DNA of 64,000 nt. It comes from Convolutriloba macropyga (Eukaryota). Below the pieces are notes generated by a model. The model saw only the letters and a program-made list of their open reading frames with translations. It was not told where the DNA came from and searched no databases. This document shows, one piece after another, positions 14,901 through 25,782 of the stretch; position 1 is the stretch's first letter; every line of letters begins with the position of its first letter. The translations under genes were made by a program, and so were the position numbers. The stretch is taken from assembly GCF_964194025.1 (NCBI RefSeq), contig NC_134481.1, positions 1,054,001-1,118,000 of the forward strand. Direction: 5' to 3'.

Positions 14901-17373
14901 CACACAGTAACAAAAAACAGGATTTTCTTCTGTTTGGTGCTCCTTGTGCACTACCTATTGATTGCATGTACGAAACACTCCAAAGTCAAGTCTTTGCAAC
15001 CCCAAGTGACTACGTCGGTAACCTGAAAAAGGAGCTGCAGCTTTTCCACAATCTTGTACAATTGAATATGGAAGTGGAACGAGAAGGACAAGAAACTTAC
15101 AACAATCGAAAACAGTTTGTACCTAAATAACAAACTGGGTCCTGGTCTTGCTGTTTAATCCATCAGTAAAACGAGGGCAAACAAAAAAGTTCAAGTCGTA
15201 CTATATTGGTCCTCTTGTTATACGAGAAATAATAAATGATTTGAATTTCATCATTGAAGACCTAAAAAATCAAAAACAATAAAAAGTGCATTACAAGAGA
15301 CTCAGGAAATTCAAATTTCGTCAAAACGAATGCCAGAAACAAAGTAAATTAGCCAAGAGGGCGGCTATTAACAAAAAAAGAGGACGGCCGGCTTCATTCA
15401 AATTGAAGTCGAGCAACAAAGCACTCGAGTAAGTGACCAGGGAACAAAAACAGAAGAGCTCCCAAGTCAAATTGAAGTTATTCCAGAGGCGGGACAATCT
15501 GATGAAGGTTTGTTGGAGCCTAAACCTGACATCGAGAAACTGATAGACACAAATATCTGAAGGAAGCAAAATCTAAAGATAGTGGAGCACAGCCAACTAG
15601 TTCCAAAAAAACAAAGCTACACAAGAAAACTCGCAACTGATTCCCAGGTACTATCCACTTACCAGCGAAGCTTGTGGCAAATTGCTACAAGGGATATGGG
15701 TAATTTTACCGGGGTTTAAAAATGAAAAATTTAGGTTCAAAACCACTCTATTGAGGAAGTTACAAAAGTCAAACTTAAAAATCAAAAATAAATTAAAAAT
15801 AGGGGGCGCCTTTATGAATGGCGGGAACAACAAAGTTGTAAAATTGGCATATCCAGTAGCTTGGCAAACCCCTATGAAAAAAACATTACTGTTAGTGTAG
15901 TCATCAACGCAGAAGTAACACTTGGAAAACTTAGCGCGCAAATGTTGCAAAGAGAAAAAGGATAAACATAAATTTCCTAGACCCATTTGGAAACGAGCGA
16001 GATAGATTCGAGCGTGATTATACCCAATAGAGTGTCCAAAAAGAAATATAACAAAATTATTCAATCCTGCTGGATTCTCGGAAAAAAACACAGCAGAGCT
16101 GATTGCTGCGGGTATTCATCACTATGTGATGGGCAGGACCACTGATAAAAGGAGATATGTCATACAAGTGTTAACCGAGGAAATCAGAATAAACAATCTA
16201 GTGGTAAATAAAACTAACCATCAAAACGTCTATTTTTACTAATTTAGCCTCGATATAAATTTTCAGTAAACAACATACACTGTAACTACTCAAGATGTCA
16301 GCAAAAGTGGTTTAGATGCGTTATTTGTCCAAGAATTTAATGGTCTACATGCAATTGTTGACGAAATGTCAAATCTGAGATGTAGAATGAACAAAATTTA
16401 AAGACAAAACGCATTGGCTGTAATGGGGAACGGTGATTCGCATTCTCTTTTCATTGGTAAAGAGGGAGTCATGGGACTGCATGCAGAGTCAGCAGGTGCA
16501 ATATTTCACGTTCATAATTGTGCAAAAATAATCTTAGAATTAACTGCTCTAATTTACTGTACTGAGGAAGTGCCGATTATTGTAAGACAAAATGATAATT
16601 AGAGCTACGTACGTTATATGAACCCAATATCCAAGGTTTTCTATAGAAATTTTACCCTTATAAAGTGCAACCCATTGTTCCCTAATGTATTCAAACTAGG
16701 TAATGGTTCTTGGGTACCGTTTGGTCGAAACCTTACGATAGTAGGAAAACCACAAGTGTTGTCTTATCTTGAGGAACCCAAACGTGAAGTTCCTATTTTT
16801 ACGGAAGTTTTCGATGGTTTATTCAGAGAGAAGCAGCTAGACGAAAGTCCTATAGCTCAAATGTATAGACACAACTGAAAATTGATAACAGGAAGGGAAG
16901 TTTTCCTGGGACCAAATTGAAAGTATACAGATATACAACTATTAGACTTCAACACATACACCAGTGATTTTAATTAGCATGAAGTTTCTTGATTTAAACC
17001 CATGGAAAGAAACACTTTGAAAGTTTAGCACTTAGTAAGGGAATCGACCTTAACGCTAATGACATTGCTTTTGACTGCAAAAATTCTAGTAACGTTTTTA
17101 AGAATAATTTTATCAACTACGTTATTTTTGGACGGTGCTCAGCCAAGAGTGGCACAACAGCCGATTAACACGTGAATCGAACTTATTTATATAACCGTTC
17201 TGGAAAATCAACAATTAAAACAAAAACAAGTCTCAAAAGAAGCTATTGAAACAAAAGTAAGCGAGTTGTCGGGTACCGACAAAACGGCCTTTGAGGCGGG
17301 TCCTGTTAGCCAAGAAAAAACAGATCTATTTCAGTTGGAAAACTTTTCACGGTCAATAGAATCTCTGGAATGA
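11910..17373 (+). pseudogene. env-like class III fusion glycoprotein (herpes gB/chuvirus-G-like); 5' part in copies at 11910-12579 and 13934-14602, remainder 15620-17373
   Basis: Signal-like MTSDTHSIFSKIFVFCIVMG. LASDCG in a shifted frame. Central helix ...LRCRMNKI*RQNALAVMG. Then AGAIFHVHNCAKIILEL...YCTEEVPI...YMNPISKVF...KCNPLFPNVFKLGNGSW...GKPQVL. TM-like LTLMTLLLTAKILVTFLRIILSTTLFL at ~17050-17130. Confidence 0.8.
12605..15618 (+). repeat. Second set of tandem duplications (integrase core to env 5' part; period 2023 bp, last copy truncated)
   Basis: The junction TTTGGAAAC + ~25-nt filler + AAATCTTT.GTTGACTGC occurs at ~12580-12605 and ~14603-14628. The sequence jumps back into env at ~15620. 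Confidence 0.88.
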
Positions 17374-17422
17374 TGTTTGTTCTCTTAAACATGTCTAATA
17401 TTGGTTTCGTTTAGATTGCAAA

Positions 17423-18255
17423 ATGGAACCAGAAGTGGGAGATTATGTATATTATCTGCCGCAACTGTACGAAGTAAAAACTGTTGTCCGATGAGGAATC
17501 TATATAATGTGCGTGGTCGAAATCCGTTTTAGAACAGTCGTGGCCCTGAATGAATTATACTCAACAGAACTAACCCAGAGACAGCCTTTTAATACGCAGG
17601 AATTGAGTCGGATGAAAGTCGGTTAGAAAACAGCGAAAAGCTGGGAGTTGCTTCCTTGCTTTTACAGGAGCAATTTAAATTTGTACAACAGGAAAACAGT
17701 ATGCTACAAAGGCAAGTTGTTGAGTTAAAGCAACAACTAATCGTTGCCTAACAGCTTCGGGAGCACTTTCGTGCTAGAATTGAGGCTGATAATAGTTTAG
17801 TTGAGTTTGAATGCCAACTCCAGCAAATGCAGCTTGACTGCGATTGAGCAAGAACTGAATCAGACGCTTTGTCTGGGGAGCTAAAATCAGCTCTTTGAAA
17901 AGTCGTTGAATACGAGGGGGAGCTAGAAGCAGCTCGGAAAAAATATTCAAAAACGTATTCAAGGGTAAGAAAATTAGAGTTAAAATTAGAGGCGGAGATA
18001 AACGCCAAAAAGCTCACTGCACGACGACTACAGGAGATTGAGAAAAAGTTACCCTGTACAAGAGCTTTGTCAATATACGATCTTCTTTGGATTTCGCCCA
18101 AAGCAACGAATGAGGAAATCCAACGGTGATTCAAACATCTATCTCTATTGATATACCCTGATAAAGGAGGCCAAACAGAGAGATTCCAGTTATTAAATCA
18201 AATAAGATGCGTGCTTATGGATAACGGAGCACGTAAATTATACGAAACTCGTTGA
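17423..18255 (+). pseudogene. Accessory ORF: N-terminal beta-rich segment, long coiled coil and C-terminal DnaJ (J) domain
   Basis: Frame 1, 18070-18252, reads SIYDLLWISPKATNEEIQR*FKHLSLLIYPDKGGQTERFQLLNQIRCVLMDNGARKLYETR (HPD read as YPD at 18154-18162). A heptad-rich region spans 17650-18050. ATG at 17423, with one frameshift. Confidence 0.85.
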
Positions 18256-18304
18256 TGGATGTCGAGTTTTTAAATTAAAAATGAGTGGAGCATAATGCTT
18301 CCAT

Positions 18305-18316
18305 AAGGGAAGGAAG
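18305..18316 (+). other. Polypurine tract of Gypsy element 1
   Basis: AAGGGAAGGAAG immediately before TGTAGTG. Confidence 0.8.
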
Positions 18317-20554
18317 TGTAGTGAACCTAAAAACAAGCTCACGAATTCTTTAATGCGAAAGCTTTCAAAAAATTACACTTTAAATGGCTTCAAACGAAAA
18401 AACACTTGAAAGTGACGGCCTAACACGCCGATTTATGGTTTAATATATATGAGACAGTATTTTTAACCAATTGTCATAAGAATTTATGAATCAAACGTTT
18501 GAACCGAGATTATGTCAGAGAGTAAATAGGATGTTCAACGCTATCGATGGGACCAAACACTGCGTTTGGGAAAAACATTCAGAGCAAGGACTCTGGGACC
18601 AAATTATCTTGGTAAACGCAAATTAAGATACAACCGGGGGCTAAACCACTTAACTTCGATTATCACGGTTCAAATTAACTTTTAACGCAATTTCTGAAGC
18701 TGCCTTCCCTACATTTCACTTTTATAAAAGTTAAATTTTTTTAATCCTTTTATGAGCTGAACTTTGCCTCTAATTTCTGAATTCAACCAGTTCCACCATT
18801 TTGAGTTTTTCACAAGAATTGGGAGGATATTTTAGAATCTAGTTAATTGAAAGGGATTCTATAAAGGAATTACATTAGCCATTTTGCTTAAAACTGAGTT
18901 CAGGTGATTTTCAAAGGTAAAGTTTCAATCATCTTGTACTCCAAGATAACGACAAAAATGAGCTGGTTTGATAACTTCTTTAAAAGTAAAGTCTGGATAC
19001 GCTAGTATAATTCGTGAAAGAATAAAACCTCTGTTTTATTGGCATTTAGAGTGAGTTGAACCTCTGTCAGGTATTTGTCTGTTTGTTCTAATATATTTTC
19101 AATTTTTTTGTGCAAAGAATTTATGAATCAAACGTTTGAACCGAGATTATGTCAGAGAGTAAATAGGATGTTCAACGCTATCGATGGGACCAAACACTGC
19201 GTTTGGGAAAAACATTCAGAGCAAGGACTCTGGGACCAAATTATCTTGGTAAACGCAAATTAAGATAAAACCGGGGGCTAAACCACTTAACTTCGATTAT
19301 CACGGTTCAAATTAACTTTTAACGCAATTTCTGAAGCTGCCTTCCCTACATTTCACTTTTATAAAAGTTAAATTTTTTTAATCCTTCTATGAGCTGAACT
19401 TTGCCTCTAATTTCTGAATTCAACCAGTTCCACCATTTTGAGTTTTTCACAAGAATTGGGAGGATATTTTAGAATCTAGTTAATTGAAAGGGATTCTATA
19501 AAGGAATTACATTAGCCATTTTGCTTAAAACTGAGTTCAGGTGATTTTCAAAGGTAAAGTTTCAATCATCTTGTACTCCAAGATAACGACAAACATGAGC
19601 TGGTTTAATAACTTCTTTAAAAGTAAAGTCTGGATACGCTAGTATAATTCGTGAAAGAATAAAACCTCTGTTTTATTGGCATTTAGAGTGAGTTGAACCT
19701 CTGTCAGGTATTTGTTTGTTTGTTCTAATATATTTTCAATTTTTTTGTGCAAAGAATTTATGAATCAAACGTTTGAACCGAGATTATGTCAGAGAGTAAA
19801 TAGGATGTTCAACGCTATCGATGGGACCAAACACTGCGTTTGGGAAAAACATTCAGAGCAAGGACTCTGGGACCAAATTATCTTGGTAAACGCAAATTAA
19901 GATAAAACCGGGGGCTAAACCACTTAACTTCGATTATCACGGTTCAAATTAACTTTTAACGCAATTTCTGAAGCTGCCTTCCCTACATTTCACTTTTATA
20001 AAAGTTAATTTTTTTTAATCCTTCTATGAGCTGAACTTTGCCTCTAATTTCTGAATTCAACCAGTTCCACCATTTTGAGTTTTTCACAAGAATTGGGAGG
20101 ATATTTTAGAATCTAGTTAATTGAAAGGGATTCTATAAAGGAATTACATTAGCCATTTTGCTGAAAACTGAGTTCAGGTGATTTTCAAAGGTAAAGTTTC
20201 AATCATCTTGTACTCCAAGATAACGACAAACATGAGCTGGTTTGATAACTTCTTTAAAAGTAAAGTCTGGATACGCTAGTATATTTCGTGAAAGAACAAA
20301 ATCTCTGTTTTATCGGCATTTAGAGTGAGTTGAACCTCTGTCAGGTATTTGTCTGTTTGTTCTAATATATTTTCAATTTTTTTGTGCAATTTCTTTTTAG
20401 ACAAACGTGAGATTAGGGAAAAAATTTAAAACTTCATATTGATTGGGAAGTGACCCCCCGACAAAAGAGCTGATCAACAGAGGTGGATATCTAAAGATCA
20501 GAAATCTTGAACTAGAACCTCACTGAATTTTCACTTCTCGATCTTTTTATTACA
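18317..20554 (+). repeat. 3' LTR (~964 bp native) expanded by internal triplication
   Basis: Starts TGTAGTG after the PPT. Probable end TATTACA at 20554, two C>T changes from the perfect inverted CACTACA. Contains TATAAAA and AATAAA. Confidence 0.65.
18478..20388. repeat. Three near-identical tandem copies of a 637-bp unit
   Basis: AAGAATTTATGAATC at 18478, 19115 and 19752. The matching 62-aa ORFs at 19075 and 19712 are also 637 bp apart. Confidence 0.97.
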
Positions 20555-21014
20555 CATAAACCAAATCCTCAGACAGTTGCGCTTTTCTATTGAACAGTTG
20601 ATCTCTTCACAGCTAAAAGAACCTTCTAATTTCATTGTTTTTCTGCATTCATACTCTGACTAAACCATAGCTTCTCTCTGATTTATTCTCAATCTGATTT
20701 ATTCTCTCTGACTTATTTCTCAAATTCTACCATCGTTTTATTCTATCAGTAATCAAATTTAAATCCCATCAAAAATGAAACTCCTTCAAGAAGCCTTCAT
20801 GAAACTCAATCGAGAGTAAATGTATGATTAATACAAGCAATTCTATGAACAATTAGAACAGAAAGAAAAGTTATTTAAGATTACATTACTTCTGTCCACC
20901 AAAAACTATCCAGCCTCTGGAGTAACGAGGCAAGCTCTATTAGCACCACGCAGGTATCAATAGAGGAACAAATGGTAAGAACGTTCTCAATAATAGAAAC
21001 CCCCGGAGGCAAAA

Positions 21015-21383
21015 AATATTATTTTGGGGAGTAGCATTATCGGAAAGTTAAAAACCAACAAAACTATTCCAACCGATATTATCGTACATGCATATAGGGG
21101 CTCGACGACAATAGAAAAATTGGAATTACTGAAAAAATACCCAGAGACAAAAATGAAAACAGTTATATTGCAAGGTGGGACAAACAACTTTCTCAAATTC
21201 GAAGAATTTCGCAAACCCAGAGATGTATTCGAACAAAACAAACAGCTGGTCAAATTTTATCGGGAAAAATTCAATCCGGAAAAATTTTACCTGATGACAA
21301 AAATCCCGATGAAAGATACAAGCGCAAATAAGGCAAAAAATAGGATGTATGATGAGTTCAGTGACTTAATCAGAACTTACTAA
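21015..21383 (+). pseudogene. LINE ORF1 SGNH/GDSL esterase-like domain
   Basis: NIILGSSIIGKL (block I, GDS-like), HAYRGSTT (block II), VILQGGTNN (block III). Confidence 0.75.
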
Positions 21384-22050
21384 GAAAAGGATTCTGATAT
21401 TTATATTTTGGACTTCAACAAATTGATTGAAGAGATCGGGGCAAAAACATAACATTGGTCGCGAAATTGATTTAAAGGACTACGAGAACAGCGAGTACAA
21501 TAAACTGTATCAGGACAATGTTCACCTAAATTATCGAAGTGGGATTCGTTTTCTAAAAACCATTTAATGCGAATAATATCGGAAACTTCCGATGGTCTTA
21601 GCATGAAAACCAGGGAGATACATCCTACTTATGCCAAAACGACAAACACTTTCATCTCTAACACTTCAAGCCACAAAAAATGTCGTCGAGAAAACCTCTT
21701 GTAAACAGACAGTACTTCAACTCCTCATATGCATATCCATACAACAACAATGCTTTCTATAGATATTCACCTTACTAACGTGATCTATGTTATGGTCAGA
21801 AATGAGTAGAAAAACGTGAAACTCTCCTTATGATCAACAATAAACAATATTTTTGTTTCCTTGCTGCTGTTTGAGGCCTTTTGTCATCCAGCGTCTCTGT
21901 CAGCAGTGGGGCGACCACTTTAGGCATATCTGAATTGTAGAAAAATGTTTCTATTCATTAAAAAATAAATGCCTTGCTCTACGACGTAGCGCTTTGATTA
22001 TGTATAAGAAATTTTTAGATAGTTATGTTCTATTTGTATGATTCATTTAC

Positions 22051-22089
22051 CTATTGAACTATGGTGATGTTGATCTTAATCCTGGGCCA
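22051..22089 (+). other. 2A-like (StopGo) motif at the start of LINE ORF2
   Basis: Frame 1 reads LLNYGDVDLNPGP just upstream of the APE domain. Confidence 0.75.
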
Positions 22090-24981
22090 CGGCTAATCTA
22101 TGAAAATTTTCTCTCCGAAAATAAAAAAAAATAAAGATCCATTATGCTTCCTTCAATTAAATTGCCGCAGTTTAGTCAATGAAAGAGAACAACTGAAAAA
22201 ACTGTTAAGAGAATGCTCAAACAATACTGTATTTGCTTTAACGGAAACATCGTTGACTAATGGAGATGATATTAATCTATGTTGCATAGACAACAATTAC
22301 TATTCTTGCTTCAGATGTGACCGAATATCTGAAAAGTCAAAGGGGGGTGGCGTAATGCTGCTAATCACCAAAATTTTCAATCCAAAAAACCATAAATAAT
22401 TTTCCAAAAACGGCAACGAGTTCAAAACACTTTGGGTTGAGCTCACTTTGCCCTACAAAAAAATTTCCTTCATTTCTTGTGAATATTTTATATAGTCCTG
22501 AAAAATCTAAAACTGACATTTTTTTCGAAGAATTAGCATTGCAAATAGATTATCGAATAACAACAAAGTAAAAAGTTTTATTATGTGGCGATTTCAATAT
22601 AATTTACCTTAACCCCAATGAAAGAAACAAAATGGACACAATTCTTGTACCTTATTGTCTATCAGTGGTCAACAAATCACCTACAAGGTGAAAAATTCTG
22701 AGTGGTTTTGTAATCAAATATGATGAGCTGCCCCATTCCAATGATTTTACTTTTGATTCGCCCATTACATCGGATCACAAAGCTATTGCAATTATAACGA
22801 ATGTAACTATAAATAAAAAGCAACCTGCAAGAAGAAAAAATATCCTCGATAAATCAAAATAGTGTAAAAGTTTATACCTACAAGACCTGAAACAAATTGA
22901 TTGGGATATTTTTTACACGGCATTTGACGCTTAAGACATGTATTTTATCTTTATAATAATTTTAACTAAAGTGATCCGCTATCACGCCCCGCTAAAAACG
23001 GTCGCAAGAATCCAAAGTTAAACTAGATAGCAATGATTTCATCAAGAGCATCTTCAAAAAACCGATTGAAGAACAAATGATTGCATTGGAAGCGCTTGCA
23101 ACTTTTTTCCCACCAACCATAGGACATCTCAAAACAGTTTTTATTTTAGACTCGTATCCACAAAAGCAGCCTTACTGACTCTAAACAATTTAAAATTAAA
23201 CAAGCCGTCAGATTCATCAGATATCCCAACAGGGGCTCTTGAAGATGGGTTTTTTTAGCTGGTCCAATTAATTAGCTTTTTAACCAATTTTTAGAAGAAC
23301 CGATTTTAGAAGAAAAATTTTCTGAAGATCTTAAGAAGGCTATTGTTACGCCAACTTTCAAAAAAAGAGAAAACTCTTTGCCTGAGAACTACAGACCAAT
23401 ATCAATTACAAGCTCACTGCCAAAAGTTTTTGAGCGTTTGCTTCGAGAGCAAATTTTAGAATATCTTGAATAGTTTGGGCTGCTATCCAATACTCAATTT
23501 GGTTTTTGTAATACTATAAAGTACCATATAAATAAAATTAATTTTTATCACTGCAGCTCTAAAAGATCTGTCTAAAGCTTTCGATTTAATAAATCACAAG
23601 ATCCTTCTTCATGAACTGCATGAATTACGATTTTCCAAAAATGCATTAAATCTAGTAGAAAGTTATCTATCAAACAGGCTAAAAAACTATAGTGAATCAT
23701 GTGGAATCCGATTGGATTGGGTCCTATCAAGGCATCCCACTGGTATCAATTTCTGGTCCCCTTCTTTTTAACCTGTACATTAATGACTTGAGCAAACAAA
23801 TGCCTGCTGATACAAAAAAAATCAATACGCCGATGATTCTATCATTCTTACATACAATACGGACCTTAATTTAGCAACACAAACTCTTGAACAGTCCTTA
23901 AGAAATATATCTGAATTTTAAAAAAAACACCGTCTAATTATCAATCACTCAAAAACTGAATTTATTCAATTCTCAAAAAAATCCAAATTAGAAAAAACCA
24001 AAAGAAGCAATCTGTTAATTGGTAATTACAAAATAGCAAATGTCAATTGCGTAAAATACCACGGTATATATCTTGATTGCGCATTAAATTTTCAAGAAGA
24101 ATTAAAACACGTATTACGCAAGATGGCTAGAGGGATAAAATTATGATAACGTATTTCACGCCCGTTCCCTGAACAGACAAGACTACTACTTCTGAACGCC
24201 TTAGTGATAAGTCATTTATACTACTCAGGCCTTTTACTGGCGAACTCAAAAAAACAATTCCTTTATCAAACGATTAAGCTGGGCTGTAAAAACGTGGTTC
24301 GATCGCAAAAAATACGACAGTTCTTCTGATCTAAAACTAAATCGTCAAATTCTGCCAATAGTTTTTTTGGAATACAAAGTACTAATTTATTTTATGAAAC
24401 TTACGAGTAACCAGCTTCCGATTTTCGAAAAACTACATTTACCAACACCAAATCTACGCTACAGCTAGCGAACCAAAAAGTACTGCTTCAATCACAAAAT
24501 AAACTCATCTGCACTAGAAAACTATCCTGAATATAGGCTCAACCCTTCATAATAAATTTCTTAACGTGAATTTTTCTTAAAATTCAATTGAAATGAATGC
24601 AAGACCAATAGTTCTAAAGAAACATCTTAAAATGTTTTTCTTTCATTTATTGAAACAAAACTCGAATAATGCGTCGTACGGCAAGGCATCATGGAAAAGT
24701 TTTAAGTTTTCATATTAGAACTGTCAATTTAAACCGTAATATATTTAGTTTATTCTATTTATACTCTGACCTACACTGCCCATTTAGTTGTTTTGCTGTT
24801 AATAACTTTATGGGAATGCGATGTGTTTTTTTACGGTTTAACGCTGCGTTGTGTATTGGAATATTGATGTTATAAATGCATTTAATTTTCTAAACTCAAA
24901 CTCGGGATCAACTCCCCTCAGTTTCTTACTGTAAAACCACGACAACATAATAATAATAAATTTGTGTTCTATAGATTTGCC

Positions 24982-25398
24982 ATGAGTGGAACTGCTGAAA
25001 ATGGAAAACCGTCAATTGAATCAACAACACCTGGAAAAAAGACGCCGCGCGATTTTCTGAAAAGTGTCATAGGAAAACCTGTTGTTGTAAAACTGAACTC
25101 CGGGGTGGATTATAGAGGTATGTCTAAAGACGCAAATTCCCTATTCTAAGTGACTGTTTCTGAAAGAAAAGCGTATGTGATTATAGGAGTTTTGGCATGT
25201 CTCGATGGTTACATGAACATTGCCCTTGAGCAGACCGAAGAATACGTAAACGGTCAACTGAGAAAAAAGTACGGAGATACATTTATTCGAGGAAATAATG
25301 GTTTGTATTAAAAGCTAAGATAACTTTTGAGCTGCTTAAATGCTTTAATGGTTTTCTGTGTTTTAGTTTTATATATCAGCACAACAAAACGAAGATAA
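24982..25398 (+). CDS. LSM6: U6 snRNA-associated Sm-like protein LSm6 (exons 24982-25117, 25187-25300, 25367-25398)
   Basis: Spliced translation ...KTPRDFLKSVIGKPVVVKLNSGVDYRGVLACLDGYMNIALEQTEEYVNGQLRKKYGDTFIRGNNVLYISTTKRR. GT-AG introns in phase. Confidence 0.96.
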
Positions 25399-25782
25399 AA
25401 TTGCGATCAGCTTTTGATGTTTTGGACTGATGTATAATAATTTTGTTTTGTAGTTGATTTTTGTTCAATTCTAATTATATTTTCCTTCAGTTTTGAGATC
25501 TGAGTGAGGAACTTTTGTGGTTTTGGAATTAGTGAAAGTTCACTTGAAGATAAATATAAATAGACATTTAAGTAACCTCAAATATTGCACCACTTAACCG
25601 CATCTTAGTTTCCTCCCATTTCTTAACGTTTGTGAAGTCCTCATCTTCTCTTTTGCTCTCTGTAATTCAGTATAAATCAATTAAACTGAAACAACTTTGT
25701 TCATAACAAATTGCATCGACTTTTGAAGCTGTTTTTTTTCTGTTGGTGAAGGAAAAAATCGAATTCTTAAAATTGACTCAAT

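Larger units (their letters stand above)
1..20554 (+). mobile_element. Decayed, internally rearranged Ty3/Gypsy LTR retroelement with env and an extra J-domain ORF (5' end outside window)
   Basis: Domain order is protease (LVDSGS, DSG at 429-437), RT, RNase H, integrase (HHCC + core), env-like ORF, coiled-coil/J-domain ORF, PPT (18305-18316), then an LTR starting TGTAGTG at 18317. Many stops and frameshifts. Confidence 0.9.
20600..24960 (+). mobile_element. Decayed CR1/L2-group non-LTR retrotransposon
   Basis: ORF1 is SGNH-esterase-like (ILGSSII...VILQGGTNN). ORF2 has APE (LQLNCRSL, FALTET, RCDR..KGGGV, CGDFN, SDHKAI) and RT (ENYRPISI, DLSKAFD, GPLLFNLYINDL, QYADD). (TAA)n tail at ~24948-24959. 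Confidence 0.9.

Noticed and set aside
17748-18134. 128-aa minus-strand ORF
   Set aside because: Antisense shadow of the plus-strand coiled-coil/J-domain pseudogene.
18478-20388. 637-bp repeats as a CRISPR array or as tandem genes (62-aa ORFs)
   Set aside because: No repeat-spacer structure and a eukaryotic context. The ORFs are incidental LTR sequence with non-ATG starts.
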